Assembly: GCA_024686195.1 (NCBI GenBank)
Contig: JAIBDO010000002.1
Coordinates: 1 to 58,950, forward strand
Origin: Gammaproteobacteria bacterium
Lineage (GTDB): Bacteria > Pseudomonadota > Gammaproteobacteria > GCA-001735895
Reading direction: 5' to 3'
DNA: 58,950 nucleotides
This document shows positions 1 to 10,462 of this stretch, piece by piece. The notes below the pieces were generated by a model. It was not told the origin of the DNA. It saw only the letters and a list, made by a program, of their open reading frames with translations, and did not search any database. The translations under genes were made by a program, and so were the position numbers. Each line of letters opens with the position of its first letter. The first letter of the stretch is position 1.

Positions 1-1057
1 CATTGAGTTTGTGAATCGATTCGTTGACCGGACCGAGTTCGAGCACCTGCGCGCCGGTTGGCGCGATGAAACGACCATCGGAGGTACCGCCGGTGGTTTC
101 CAGTGAGGGTGTAATGCCGGCGTGTTGCATGATTGCCTGTTGCGCCGCATTCACCAGTTCACCCTCGGGAGTGAGAAACGGGTAACCCGATATCGACCAG
201 TCGATTTGGTAATCAAGTTCATGCTTGTCGAGAATCGCGCGCGTGGTTTCCATGATCTTGTGGGCGTCGATTTCGGTCGAGTAACGCAGATTGAACAATA
301 CTTCCGCATGTCCGGGCACCACATTGTGGACTCCGGTTCCGGCATTGATGTTGGAAATCTGAAAACTGGTGGGCGGAAAGAAGCTGTTGCCCTGATCCCA
401 CTCATGCCGCGCCAGTTCATGCAGTGCCGGCATGGCGCGGTGGATCGGGTTGTCGACCTTGTGCGGATAGGCAACGTGTCCCTGTATGCCGTTAATCACC
501 AGCTTCGCGCCAATCGAACCTCGCCGGCCGTTTTTGACGACGTCGCCAACCTGCGACTGACTCGAGGGCTCCCCGATTAGCGCCCAGTCGATCTTTTCAC
601 CCCGCGCTTCGAGGGTTTCGATCACCCTGACGGTGCCATTAATGGCGATAGCTTCTTCGTCACTGGTAATTAACAGGGCAATCGAACCCCGATGATCCGC
701 GTGTTGTTCGATAAACCGTTCGCAGGCGGTGACCATCGCCGCGATACTGGATTTCATATCCGCTGCACCCCGGCCATAAAGCATGCCGTCGCGAATTTCG
801 GGCTCGAAGGGATTACTGTGCCACTGCTCAAGCGGTCCGGTCGGTACCACGTCCGTATGACCGGCAAAGGCCAGCAGCGGGGCCGCACTGCCGCGGCGCG
901 CCCACAAGTTGGTGACATCGTCGAACACCATGGTTTCGCATTCGAAGCCGATGGCCTGCAGTCGTTCGATCAACATGTCCTGGCAGCCGGCGTCGTCCGG
1001 AGTTATCGATGGCCTGGCGATCAGATCACAGGCCAGTTGCAGAGTTGCGCTGTTCAT
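1..1057 (-). CDS. dapE: succinyl-diaminopimelate desuccinylase (C-terminal end cut by window edge)
   Basis: Not in the ORF track because it runs off the window. My minus-strand translation from the ATG (complement of 1055-1057) reads [41 protein letters not shown]...[13 protein letters not shown]...[15 protein letters not shown]...LITSDEE...[10 protein letters not shown], which is the M20 DapE pattern. The start overlaps the upstream stop as ATGA. Confidence 0.9.
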   Translation of the reverse strand, partial: MNSATLQLACDLIARPSITPDDAGCQDMLIERLQAIGFECETMVFDDVTNLWARRGSAAPLLAFAGHTDVVPTGPLEQWHSNPFEPEIRDGMLYGRGAADMKSSIAAMVTACERFIEQHADHRGSIALLITSDEEAIAINGTVRVIETLEARGEKIDWALIGEPSSQSQVGDVVKNGRRGSIGAKLVINGIQGHVAYPHKVDNPIHRAMPALHELARHEWDQGNSFFPPTSFQISNINAGTGVHNVVPGHAEVLFNLRYSTEIDAHKIMETTRAILDKHELDYQIDWSISGYPFLTPEGELVNAAQQAIMQHAGITPSLETTGGTSDGRFIAPTGAQVLELGPVNESIHKLN

Positions 1058-1413
1058 TGCGATGCGAATATCTCCTGGTATTGTTGAGGCTTGAAGCCGA
1101 TGTGCAGGCGACCATTCTGTTCCAGTATGGGGCGTTTGATGATGGCAGGGTTGTCCAGCATCAATTGCAGCGCACTGGCTTCGTCGATTTGTGCCTTGAC
1201 GCCATCAGGCAAAGCGCGCCAGGTGGTGCCACGGCGGTTCAGCATGATTTCCCAACCCAGTTGCGCTGCCATCGCCTGCAGTTGCTGCCGGTCGACTCCC
1301 TGTTTGCGGTAGTCGTGGAAGCGATAGTCGATAGCCTGATCCTGCAACCAGCTGCGTGCCTTCTTGATGGTATCGCAGTTGGGTATGCCGTACAGCGTAA
1401 CCGCGTCAGTCAT
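1054..1413 (-). CDS. yffB: ArsC/Spx-family thioredoxin-fold protein (YffB-like)
   Basis: 119 aa beginning [23 protein letters not shown] and containing IIKRPIL. It sits directly upstream of dapE and is translationally coupled to it, the arrangement I recall for E. coli yffB-dapE. Confidence 0.75.
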   Translation of the reverse strand: MTDAVTLYGIPNCDTIKKARSWLQDQAIDYRFHDYRKQGVDRQQLQAMAAQLGWEIMLNRRGTTWRALPDGVKAQIDEASALQLMLDNPAIIKRPILEQNGRLHIGFKPQQYQEIFASQ

Positions 1414-1422
1414 AAGTTTGCT

Positions 1423-2244
1423 CTAGATGTTACGCAACAGGTCGTTAATGCCGACCTTGGCGCGTGTTTTTTCGTCGACCTGCTTGACGATGACGGCACA
1501 GTAAAGGCTGTAAAGTCCATCGTCGGAAGGCAGGTTACCAGAGACCACCACAGATCCCGCAGGAATACGGCCGTAACTGACTTCGCCAGTTTCGCGGTTG
1601 TATATCTTGGTGCTTTGACCGATATAGACACCCATCGAGATAACCGAGTTCTTTTCGACGATTACGCCTTCGACCACTTCGGAGCGGGCGCCGATAAAAC
1701 AGTTATCTTCGATAATGGTGGGTGATGCCTGTAACGGCTCGAGCACGCCACCAATGCCGACGCCACCCGAGAGGTGGACGTTCTTACCGATCTGGGCACA
1801 GGAGCCGACGGTGGCCCAGGTGTCGACCATGGTGCCGCTGTCGACGTAGGCACCGATATTGACAAAACTCGGCATCATCACCACGCCCGGCGCCACGTAG
1901 GAGCCCTTGCGTGCGACCGCGGGTGGAACCACGCGCACACCACTGTCGGCGTGCTGCTGGTGACTAAGGCCGTCGAATTTGGAATCGACCTTATCGAAAT
2001 ACTGGGTAAACCCCCCGGGCATGATCTGATTCTCGCGAATGCGAAATGACAGTAACACGGCTTTCTTGAGCCATTCGTTAACCTGCCAGCCACCGTCCAC
2101 CGGTTGCGCCACTCGCTGTTCACCCGAATCCAGCATTTCGATGGCGGACTGCACCGCGTGTCGAACGTCGGCATCGACGTTGGCTGGATTGATTTCAGCG
2201 CGATTCTCGAACGCCTGTTCGATAATTTGCTGAAGTTCTGACAT
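1423..2244 (-). CDS. dapD: 2,3,4,5-tetrahydropyridine-2,6-dicarboxylate N-succinyltransferase
   Basis: 273 aa with hexapeptide-repeat region [41 protein letters not shown]-terminus resembles DapD ([15 protein letters not shown]). Confidence 0.93.
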   Translation of the reverse strand: MSELQQIIEQAFENRAEINPANVDADVRHAVQSAIEMLDSGEQRVAQPVDGGWQVNEWLKKAVLLSFRIRENQIMPGGFTQYFDKVDSKFDGLSHQQHADSGVRVVPPAVARKGSYVAPGVVMMPSFVNIGAYVDSGTMVDTWATVGSCAQIGKNVHLSGGVGIGGVLEPLQASPTIIEDNCFIGARSEVVEGVIVEKNSVISMGVYIGQSTKIYNRETGEVSYGRIPAGSVVVSGNLPSDDGLYSLYCAVIVKQVDEKTRAKVGINDLLRNI

Positions 2245-2254
2245 GTTCTTTCTC

Positions 2255-3454
2255 CTAAAGTACTGCTAATAACGAATTGATGCGTTTGGCTGCCTCGAGG
2301 CATTCATCGAGTGGAGCAACCAGCGCCATGCGCACCCGGTTCTCGCCGGGATTGCCCGCCTGAGAATCGCGTGCGAGGTAGCGACCGGGTAACACGGTCA
2401 CGTTCTGCTCGGCGTATAGCCGGCGCGTAAACTCCTCGTCGGACAGTGGTGTTTGCGCCCACAGGAAGAAACCGGCCTGCGGTTTCTGCGGCGCGAGTGT
2501 ATCAGAAAGCAGGGCCAAAACCTGCTCGAATTTCACGCGATAGAGGCTACGGTTCTCGATGACATGAGCCTCGTCCTGCCAGGCGACAGTGCTTGCGGTC
2601 TGCGTCGCCGGTGGCAATGCGCAGCCGTGATAGGTGCGGTACAGCAGAAACTGCTCCAGTAGACGGGCGTCGCCGGCGACGAAACCGGAACGCAAGCCGG
2701 GCAGGCTCGAACGCTTGGAAAGGCTGTTAAACGCGAGACAGTGGCTGAAATCGTCCAGCCCCATTTCCGCCGCAACGCCAAGCAGGCCTGCCGGAGGTTG
2801 CTGTTCATCGAAGTAAATCTCTGAATAGCATTCGTCACTGGCGATGATGAAGTCGTGACGATGCGCCAGTTCGATCAGTTGCTGCAGATAAGCGCTCGAC
2901 ATCACTGCACCGGTAGGGTTACCCGGGTTGCAGATGTAGATCATCTGACAATCCTTCCATTCGCGATCCGACACCGCGTCAAGATCCGGTAGGAAAGCAG
3001 TGGCCGGCAGGCAGTCGAGATAACGCGGTGTCGCGCCGGACAACAGGGCCGCACCTTCATAGATCTGGTAGAAGGGATTGGGCATGAGCAGCAGCGGATT
3101 CACCGCACTGCGATCGATGAGGCACTGTGCGATCGCAAACAGTGCTTCGCGGGTTCCGCTGACGGGCAGGACGTTGCGCTCCGCAGCGAGTTGCCCGGCC
3201 GGGATGCCAAAACGTTTCGACAGCCAGGCTGCGATGGCCTCGCGCAGCTCCGGGCTGCCACGCGTGCTCGGGTAAGTTGATAGCAGCTGTAAGTGGTTAA
3301 TCAGGCTGTCGAGCACTACCTGCGGGGCCGGGTGTCGTGGTTCGCCGATCGACAGGGCGATGTGTTCGAGCACGGTCGGTGGATGCAGGTCCCGTTTCAA
3401 TTCGGTCAACTTTTCGAATGGATAGCGTTGTAGTAGCGATAAATCTTTATTCAT
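2255..3454 (-). CDS. dapC: PLP-dependent class I aminotransferase, probable succinyldiaminopimelate transaminase
   Basis: 399 aa with aminotransferase motifs ([21 protein letters not shown] with the PLP lysine). It lies 10 nt upstream of dapD. Confidence 0.75.
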   Translation of the reverse strand: MNKDLSLLQRYPFEKLTELKRDLHPPTVLEHIALSIGEPRHPAPQVVLDSLINHLQLLSTYPSTRGSPELREAIAAWLSKRFGIPAGQLAAERNVLPVSGTREALFAIAQCLIDRSAVNPLLLMPNPFYQIYEGAALLSGATPRYLDCLPATAFLPDLDAVSDREWKDCQMIYICNPGNPTGAVMSSAYLQQLIELAHRHDFIIASDECYSEIYFDEQQPPAGLLGVAAEMGLDDFSHCLAFNSLSKRSSLPGLRSGFVAGDARLLEQFLLYRTYHGCALPPATQTASTVAWQDEAHVIENRSLYRVKFEQVLALLSDTLAPQKPQAGFFLWAQTPLSDEEFTRRLYAEQNVTVLPGRYLARDSQAGNPGENRVRMALVAPLDECLEAAKRINSLLAVL

Positions 3455-3610
3455 ACGGGCCAGGTTGGTGCATGCCGGGTGCGATCAGATGGGCTTAGTA
3501 TAACGACACAATAAATCTTTTGAATCGGCAATTTGGGATTTGCAATGCACCGCAGTCGGTTGCATGTCAGAATATTGAGGTGTTGATTGTTCTGGTCTTG
3601 ATGGACGGTT

Positions 3611-4111
3611 ATGACGGTAGATGAATTGGACAGTGCTCGACGTGAGTATCGAGCTTTGCGCGATAGCAGTAAAGCGGCCCTGCTGGCAACGCTGGCGCAT
3701 GAGCAAATGCCCTGTGCGAGTTACGCGCCTTTGGTCTGGGTCGATGATAGCTGTTATGTTTATCTCAGTGACCTGGCGAGCCATACCCGTAATCTGAAGC
3801 GCTGCCCCAGTCTCAGTCTTTTGCTGATGGAAGATGAAGACCGGGTAGCCAATGCCTTTGCACGTCGGCGCATCACTTTTGAAGCTACGGTGGTTATCGT
3901 CGAGCGTGAAGACCCGTTATTTGCGCGTGTGCTGGCTGAGTTCCGCCATTGTTTTGGCAAGGTCATGGATATGATCGAACCCTTGCCTGATTTCCATTTA
4001 TTCCGACTGCAACTTAAGGCTGGGCGTTTTGTGCGCGGTTTCGGCCAGGCTTACGAACTAACGGGTGATCACCTGAATGATCTAACTCATGTCGGGCCTG
4101 GCAGTAAGTAG
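3611..4111 (+). CDS. HutZ/HugZ-like pyridoxamine-5-phosphate-oxidase-fold protein (heme utilisation family)
   Basis: 166 aa. ARRRITFEATV and FHLFRLQLKAGRFVRGFGQAYELTGDHL match the HutZ signature as I remember it (ARKRLTF ... FMLFRLQP..G.FVKGFGQAY). Confidence 0.7.
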   Translation: MTVDELDSARREYRALRDSSKAALLATLAHEQMPCASYAPLVWVDDSCYVYLSDLASHTRNLKRCPSLSLLLMEDEDRVANAFARRRITFEATVVIVEREDPLFARVLAEFRHCFGKVMDMIEPLPDFHLFRLQLKAGRFVRGFGQAYELTGDHLNDLTHVGPGSK

Positions 4112-4146
4112 GATCGATGGGGCGAAAATGATGTGATGCAGGGGTA

Positions 4147-5409
4147 ATGCGAATGGCGACTGATAGCGGGATATTTCTCGACCAGCGAAAGATTTCTTAT
4201 CTCAACAGCGAAGGAGCGGATCGTCCATTGCGAAGTCCAGTCGCGCACGAGGTCCTGCTGCGCGCGCGCCAGTATCGTCTGGCACGGATGCGCGCACAGC
4301 TGCAGGCGTTCGACTGTGCCGCCATCCTGCTCTATGACCCGGTCAATATTCGCTATGCGCTCGATGTCAGCAATATGCAAATCTGGACATCGCGCGAAGC
4401 CACACGATACGCACTGATTTTTGCCGATGGGCCGGCCATCATGTTCGAGTTCAAGGGCTGCCATCATCTGTGTGACGGGCTCGAAGGTATTGATGAGGTG
4501 CGCAATTCCATCACCTGGAACTTCATGTGTGCGGGTGACCTGATGGAGAGCAGGGCGCAGAGCTGGGCCGCTGAAATTGCCGACCTGATACGAACTCACG
4601 GTGCTGGCAACAAACGAATTGCCGTTGACAAGGTTGAGCCACTTGGGCTCGCGGCTTTGCAGTCGCAAGGCCTGGAGTTTGTTGAGGGCCAACATATGAG
4701 CGCTTTGGCGCGCGCGATCAAAAGCGAGGACGAGCTAACCCTGATGCGCTGGACGATACGGGTTTGTGAAGCCGCCATGGCGCGCATTTACGTCAACTCG
4801 ATACCCGGGCGCAGTGAACAGGAATTGTGGGCGGAGTTACACTATGAAAATGCTCGCTCCGGCGGCGAGTGGCTGGAAACCCGTCTGTTGACCTGTGGAG
4901 CGCGCACCAATCCCTGGTATCAGGAATGTTCAGACACTATCTGTCAGCAGGGTGAAATGATTTCCTTCGATACCGATATGGTCGGGCCATATGGCTACTG
5001 CGCTGATCTTTCCCGGTCCTGGACCTGCGGCTATACACCGATGACGGCAAAGCAGTCTGAACTCTACCGGGCCGCGGTTGAGCAGATTCATCACAACCTG
5101 GCGTTGCTGCGACCGGGCCTCGAACTGAGCGAGTTCAATGAAAAATCCTGGCAGATTCCACCGCAATACCAGCCCTATCGCTACTCCGTTGCGGCGCATG
5201 GTGTGGGCATGGTAGATGAATGGCCGATAATTCCCCTGCACCCGGACTTTGCGTCGGCTTATGATTGCCGCCTGGAACAGAATATGGTGCTTTGTGTGGA
5301 AAGCCTGATCGCCGAGGAGGGCAGTGAATCGATCAAACTCGAAACCCAGGTGGTGATTACCGAAAGCGGGTATCAGGCGCTGGACAGTTTTCCGTTTGAG
5401 CAGGTCTGA
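4147..5409 (+). CDS. M24 (pita-bread fold) metalloenzyme, DddP-like (possible DMSP lyase)
   Basis: 420 aa. Metal-ligand pattern FDTD...CAD (Asp at 0, +2, +12), AAHGVG, CVESLI, IKLETQ. The stretches LLYDPVNIRYALDVSNMQIW and GGEWLETRLLTCGARTNPWYQEC resemble DddP more than prolidase or creatinase (from memory). Confidence 0.6.
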   Translation: MRMATDSGIFLDQRKISYLNSEGADRPLRSPVAHEVLLRARQYRLARMRAQLQAFDCAAILLYDPVNIRYALDVSNMQIWTSREATRYALIFADGPAIMFEFKGCHHLCDGLEGIDEVRNSITWNFMCAGDLMESRAQSWAAEIADLIRTHGAGNKRIAVDKVEPLGLAALQSQGLEFVEGQHMSALARAIKSEDELTLMRWTIRVCEAAMARIYVNSIPGRSEQELWAELHYENARSGGEWLETRLLTCGARTNPWYQECSDTICQQGEMISFDTDMVGPYGYCADLSRSWTCGYTPMTAKQSELYRAAVEQIHHNLALLRPGLELSEFNEKSWQIPPQYQPYRYSVAAHGVGMVDEWPIIPLHPDFASAYDCRLEQNMVLCVESLIAEEGSESIKLETQVVITESGYQALDSFPFEQV

Positions 5410-5717
5410 GTCATGAATGCGCTGCCAGGATCGGGCGGGTTAGCGGAGCTGTAGTCCTGTGCGGCAACGGCAGTTGCAGGACTGGAATGAGCGTCTGTTT
5501 TTAGTCGTCAGGGATGGCCGGGACCAGGGTGGGGTGGCCCTGAAATGCAAAATTCGGTAGCAACTTCGAGGTAGCTGTGGTTTACTACCGCCAAATAAAA
5601 TCAGTGGTCAGCCTCAGGGAAGAGACAATTATTCTCTGAAAACAACAACATGGCTCGACAAAAAAACTGGAGGAGATAGCTACCAAAATACAATAATAAG
5701 GTAGCGAGGACGAGGAG

Positions 5718-5741
5718 GGCGCCCATGGGCGCCTTTTTTTT
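5718..5741 (+). terminator. Rho-independent terminator with no annotated gene upstream
   Basis: GGCGCCCATGGGCGCC hairpin (GGCGC/GCGCC stem) followed directly by T8 (5734-5741). Confidence 0.6.
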
Positions 5742-6217
5742 GTCCACTGAATTCCGCTGATAGACTTTCCCCACCCGGCATACCTCGCCAGTTGAAACAG
5801 CGATTCATCGCTGCATTGCAATCTTCGCCAAGTAGAATCTAAAACCCTGTTACCTGCGTAACAATATCTATATCTACTGCAGATTCTAATGCGGCCTGGT
5901 GACCTTCATCGGCTTCATTTCATGGCGCTGCTGGCAGCCTGGCCCTGAACCAAATGTGGACTCTTTTTTTGGCTTTCTGTTGGTATAATGCAGCGACTGT
6001 GCGTTCATGCGGCAGTATTGACCACGATTCTACCGAGTTGTCCGAAATGATGGATAGCCATCCACCTACGGCCGTACGTCTCGACACGCTGGCCAGAAAA
6101 ATGGATGACAAGCTGGATTCCTACGCCCCGGGGGTGGACAATGCGGGTCGGTTTCGTAAGGTCGTGGCAGTGCCTTAACGGCAGTTTAAAGCAGATTTTT
6201 CTGGAGTATCGCAGGGC

Positions 6218-7252
6218 ATGCAACAAATAAGTGATAACGATCGCGCGCTAATGCGCTGGTTAATGGTGTGTCTGTTTCTGGTCTTGGCGATGATGATTCT
6301 GGGTGCGGTAACGCGGCTCACCGATTCCGGGCTGTCAATGGTGACCTGGCATCCGACAGGGGTATTGCCACCCTTCGGCGCTGAGCAGTGGATGACCGAA
6401 TTTAATCTTTACCGTCAATTCCCCGAGTATCAGATACTGAACCGTGGGATGTCGCTCGATGCGTTCAAGTCGATCTACTGGTTTGAGTATTCGCATCGTA
6501 TGCTGGGCCGGCTCATCGGACTGGTTTTCCTGCTGCCATTTTGTTATTTCTGGTTGCGCAAGATGATCAAGCCCGGTTTGACACCACGACTTGTGGTGAT
6601 GTTCCTGCTGGGCGGCCTGCAGGGATTACTGGGTTGGTATATGGTCAAAAGTGGACTGGTAAACAACCCACAGGTCAGCCAGTATCGACTCACGGCACAT
6701 TTGCTGACGGCCACTATTATTTATGCTTTTATTCTGTGGACTATCCTCAACCTGGCGGTTGCTGAACCGTATCGGCGCCTGGCCGAATCGGTCGTATCTG
6801 GCTGGCGCAAGCTGTCGCTCGGGCTGCTCAGTCTTTTGTTGCTGACGATGGTTTCCGGCGGCTTTGTTGCGGGTCTGAATGCGGGACTGATATTCAACAC
6901 CTTTCCGTTAATGGGCGGTAGTTTGATTCCCGAAGGTATCGGGGCTCTGTCGCCCTGGTATCTGAATCCGCTGGAGAATATGGTTACCGTGCAATTTGAT
7001 CACCGCTGGTTGGCGATGCTGACCTCGGTATTATTGCTTGTCTGGTATGTACGCGGTCGATCCTGCTTCGACGAACCTCGTCTGCAGCGCAGTTTCAAGC
7101 TGGTAGGCATGATGGTTATCCTTCAGGTGGCGCTCGGAATCGCCACGTTATTGATGCAGGTCCCAGTGCTTCTCGGTGCGCTGCACCAGGTGGGAGCCTT
7201 GCTGTTATTCAGCGCATTGTTATTAAATACACATGCGCTCAGCCGGCAATAG
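6218..7252 (+). CDS. ctaA: heme A synthase (COX15/CtaA family)
   Basis: 344 aa polytopic membrane protein with N-terminal TRLTDSGLSMVTWHP, FEYSHRMLGR and QFDHRW histidine motifs typical of COX15. Confidence 0.88.
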   Translation: MQQISDNDRALMRWLMVCLFLVLAMMILGAVTRLTDSGLSMVTWHPTGVLPPFGAEQWMTEFNLYRQFPEYQILNRGMSLDAFKSIYWFEYSHRMLGRLIGLVFLLPFCYFWLRKMIKPGLTPRLVVMFLLGGLQGLLGWYMVKSGLVNNPQVSQYRLTAHLLTATIIYAFILWTILNLAVAEPYRRLAESVVSGWRKLSLGLLSLLLLTMVSGGFVAGLNAGLIFNTFPLMGGSLIPEGIGALSPWYLNPLENMVTVQFDHRWLAMLTSVLLLVWYVRGRSCFDEPRLQRSFKLVGMMVILQVALGIATLLMQVPVLLGALHQVGALLLFSALLLNTHALSRQ

Positions 7253-7289
7253 AGGGTTTTTGAGTGATTAAAATCGGTCTTCACGGGTC

Positions 7290-7778
7290 ATGAACGCGAT
7301 CAGAATTGGACATGGTTTCGATGTGCATGCCTTCACCGATGGGCAGGGTTTTGTGCTGGGTGGCGTTTACATCGCTGCCGGAAGGGCGCTGCTCGCACAT
7401 TCAGATGGAGACGTTTTGATTCACGCTTTGTGCGATGCGTTATTGGGTGCCCTGGGACAGGGAGATATTGGACAGCTTTACCCTGACAATGATCCACAAA
7501 ACGAAAACCGGGACAGCCGCGAATTTCTGCGGGAAGTCGTACAGCGAGTTGCTAAGGATGGATATCGCCTGGGCAATGCCGATGTCACTATCATGGCGCA
7601 GTCACCGAAGATGGCTCCGCACGTCGGCGCAATGCGTCAATGCCTGTCACAGGATCTTGCCTGTGAGCCTCTACAAATCAATATAAAAGCAACGACTACC
7701 GAGGGGCTGGGCTTCGTCGGTCGCGAACAGGGTATCGCGGTGGCGGCGGTTGTTTTGCTGGAGCGGGAGTTAACATGA
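7290..7778 (+). CDS. ispF: 2-C-methyl-D-erythritol 2,4-cyclodiphosphate synthase
   Basis: 162 aa: [12 protein letters not shown]...[20 protein letters not shown]...[11 protein letters not shown]. Confidence 0.95.
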   Translation: MNAIRIGHGFDVHAFTDGQGFVLGGVYIAAGRALLAHSDGDVLIHALCDALLGALGQGDIGQLYPDNDPQNENRDSREFLREVVQRVAKDGYRLGNADVTIMAQSPKMAPHVGAMRQCLSQDLACEPLQINIKATTTEGLGFVGREQGIAVAAVVLLERELT

Positions 7779-8827
7779 CACTGGGACCGGTAATGCTGGA
7801 TGTGGCGGGTTATGAACTCGACGAGGAAGATCGACGACGACTGTGTCATCCGCAGACCGGCGGTGTCATTCTTTTCAGTCGTAATTATCGCGATCCACAG
7901 CAACTGGCACAGTTGTGCCAGCAGATTCACGGGCTACGCGAACCGCGACTGATCGTTAGTGTCGACCACGAAGGAGGCCGGGTGCAGCGGTTTCGTGAGG
8001 GCTTCCAGGCGATACCGGCAATGGGAAGCCTGGGCGAACTGTATGACAGTGACCCGGCGCAGGCGCTGCAACTTGCCGAGGTCTTCGCCTGGATGATGTC
8101 GGCTGAACTGCTCCATTACGGGATCGATTTGAGCTTTGCTCCGGTGCTCGATATCGGCGATCCGGTCAGCAGCGTGATCGGCGATCGCGCGTTTCATCGC
8201 GATCCGCAGGCAATCGCTCATCTAGCTAATGCCTGGGTGCGCGGGATGCGTAAAGCGGGCATGGAAGCGGTCGGCAAACACTTCCCGGGTCATGGCTCGG
8301 TAGAGGGCGATTCGCATCATGTTATGCCCTTCGATCGGCGACCTTTTGATGCGATCGAAGCGCTCGATCTGGTACCGTTTCGACGCGTTATCAACACTCA
8401 TCTCGCCGGTGTAATGATGGCGCATGTCATCTACGACCAGGTTGATGCGCTGGCTGCAGGGTATTCACGTTACTGGATTGAAACGGTGCTGCGTGGGCAG
8501 CTCGAGTTTGATGGTGTTGTGTTTAGCGATGACCTGAGCATGAGCGGAGCCGAGTCAGTTGGCGGTTATTCTGAACGCGCCCAACAGTCGTTGGCGGCGG
8601 GCTGCGATATTCTGCTGGTGTGTAACAATCCGGACGGTGCCGACGAAGTGTTGGAAAGTCTGCGTGATTACTCCAGTCCGGCCACCCAGTTACGCATGGT
8701 ACGGCTGCACGGTCAGAATTCGCATGCGCAACTTTTCGGTAGCAACGAGTGGCTAAGTGCCTGCGATAAGCTCGCGCAGTTTAATCAGCGCCTGGGCCTG
8801 GCGGAAGGTGGGGATCTGTTCGAATGA
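7775..8827 (+). CDS. nagZ: beta-N-acetylhexosaminidase (peptidoglycan recycling)
   Basis: 350 aa GH3 protein: [26 protein letters not shown]. Overlaps the ispF stop by 4 nt. Confidence 0.9.
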   Translation: MTLGPVMLDVAGYELDEEDRRRLCHPQTGGVILFSRNYRDPQQLAQLCQQIHGLREPRLIVSVDHEGGRVQRFREGFQAIPAMGSLGELYDSDPAQALQLAEVFAWMMSAELLHYGIDLSFAPVLDIGDPVSSVIGDRAFHRDPQAIAHLANAWVRGMRKAGMEAVGKHFPGHGSVEGDSHHVMPFDRRPFDAIEALDLVPFRRVINTHLAGVMMAHVIYDQVDALAAGYSRYWIETVLRGQLEFDGVVFSDDLSMSGAESVGGYSERAQQSLAAGCDILLVCNNPDGADEVLESLRDYSSPATQLRMVRLHGQNSHAQLFGSNEWLSACDKLAQFNQRLGLAEGGDLFE

Positions 8828-9906
8828 TTTTTGAACTGGACAAGTGGGTTCCCGGCCTCACACCGGATAATGCCTGGATAGTGCAGGTGTTTGCGGTGGT
8901 GCTGGCGACCGCCCTGGTCAGCCTGGTGGTCCGGCGCTTACTGCGCAAGCTGGGTGACAGAGTCCATCTGAGCGCGAACCGTCTGGATGATGTCGTGTTT
9001 GCCGCGTTGTTACGTCCGACGGGCTGGATCATCTGGCTGCAGGGGCTCGCCATCGCGGCGGATGTCATTCTGGTTAAAACCGAGAGTGCCATATTTTCCT
9101 ATGCGGATTCGGTGCGCGACATCGGGGTGCTGGTGTGTATTACCTGGTTTGTGCTTGGCATTATCCGCGGTAGTGAAGACATTTATATCAGGACCGCCGA
9201 GCAGATGGATAAAACGACTGCGCAGGCGCTTGGCAAGCTGTTGCGTCTGGCGGTTATTATTACCGCGGGGCTGGTCATTCTGCAGACGCTGGGCTACAGC
9301 ATTTCCGGCGTTTTGGCGATGGGCGGCGTGGGCGGTATCGCCGTCGGCTTCGCGGCCAAAGATTTGTTGGCCAACTTTTTCGGCGGGCTGATTGTTCATC
9401 TTGACCGACCTTTCGCCGTGGGTGACTGGATTCGCTCGCCGGACCGGGAAATCGAGGGCACCGTAGAAAAGATCGGTTGGCGCGTCACCGTGATCCGCAA
9501 TTTTCAATCACAACCTATGTATGTGCCGAACTCGGTGTTTACCACGGTCATTGTCGAAAACCCGTCACGCATGCAGAACCGTCGGATCTTTGAAACGATC
9601 GGTCTGCGCTATTCTGACCTGACCAATATGGATAAGGTGGTCAGCGAGGTAGAGGCGATGTTGCGCCAGCACGAGGCCATCGATGCCGACAAGACGATGA
9701 TGGTCAATTTCAATAAGTTCGGCGCTTCGTCGCTGGATTTTTTCATCTATTGCTTTACCCACACCACGCGATGGGTAGAATTCCACGAGGTGAAACAGGA
9801 TGTGATGCTGCAAATTGCGGACATTATTAAAGCGAATCACGCCGAAGTCGCCTTCCCGACATCGACGATTCACCTGGCGGATTCCATCGTGATAGAAAAT
9901 TCCTGA
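8824..9906 (+). CDS. MscS-family mechanosensitive channel
   Basis: 360 aa with N-terminal TM helices followed by GGIAVGFAAKDLLANFFGGL...RPFAVGDWI...GTVEKIGWRVTVIR. Overlaps the nagZ stop by 4 nt. Confidence 0.85.
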   Translation: MIFELDKWVPGLTPDNAWIVQVFAVVLATALVSLVVRRLLRKLGDRVHLSANRLDDVVFAALLRPTGWIIWLQGLAIAADVILVKTESAIFSYADSVRDIGVLVCITWFVLGIIRGSEDIYIRTAEQMDKTTAQALGKLLRLAVIITAGLVILQTLGYSISGVLAMGGVGGIAVGFAAKDLLANFFGGLIVHLDRPFAVGDWIRSPDREIEGTVEKIGWRVTVIRNFQSQPMYVPNSVFTTVIVENPSRMQNRRIFETIGLRYSDLTNMDKVVSEVEAMLRQHEAIDADKTMMVNFNKFGASSLDFFIYCFTHTTRWVEFHEVKQDVMLQIADIIKANHAEVAFPTSTIHLADSIVIENS

Positions 9907-9907
9907 T

Positions 9908-10462
9908 ATGAATGCAGACCGAGCCCAGCAAGTTCATCGTAGTGCCGAAATGTTGTTCGACGAGGCGAGTGTCGACCTGGCCATCGGCGAGCTCGCGCGC
10001 AAGGTGGAAGCCGACTGCGCCGGTGACTTCCCGCTAGTGTTATGCGTGATGAACGGAGGCCTTTACCTGACCGGCCAATTGTTGCGCCACTGGGACTTCC
10101 CGCTGACGCTCGACTACGTGCATGCCACTCGCTATCGCCTTGCGACGCTGGGCAAGGATGTTCTGTGGAAGGCCTATCCGCAAAATGAAATCAGGGATCG
10201 CAACGTGATCATCATCGATGATATTTTCGATCAGGGTTACACGCTCGAAGAGGTAAAGTCGTATTGCAACAAGCACGGTGCGCGCAGTTGCATCAGCGTA
10301 TTCCTGGTCCGCAAATCTCACCCACGCAAGGTGGCCGATGTCAGCCCCGAGTTTGTCGGACTGGAGTGCGGTGATTGCTATGTGTATGGCGTCGGCATGG
10401 ACCTGAATGGACATTTCCGCAATCTTTCCAGTATTTATGCGCTGCCTGAAAAGGTGATTTGA
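9908..10462 (+). CDS. hpt: hypoxanthine-guanine phosphoribosyltransferase
   Basis: 184 aa with PRPP-binding loop VIIIDDIFDQGYTL. Confidence 0.82.
   Translation: MNADRAQQVHRSAEMLFDEASVDLAIGELARKVEADCAGDFPLVLCVMNGGLYLTGQLLRHWDFPLTLDYVHATRYRLATLGKDVLWKAYPQNEIRDRNVIIIDDIFDQGYTLEEVKSYCNKHGARSCISVFLVRKSHPRKVADVSPEFVGLECGDCYVYGVGMDLNGHFRNLSSIYALPEKVI

Noticed and set aside
122-1725. Plus-strand ORFs 122-580, 692-1087 and 1009-1725 at the left edge.
   Set aside because: They are antisense to dapE, yffB and dapD, which are strongly supported on the minus strand. The track simply omits the edge-truncated dapE.
5585-6226. ORFs 5585-5821(-), 5920-6111(-), 5954-6178(+, full length) and 6005-6226(-) in the DddP-like/ctaA gap.
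   Set aside because: They overlap one another, lack SD sequences and show no family resemblance. Only the shorter 6048-6179 frame is kept, as a low-confidence observation.
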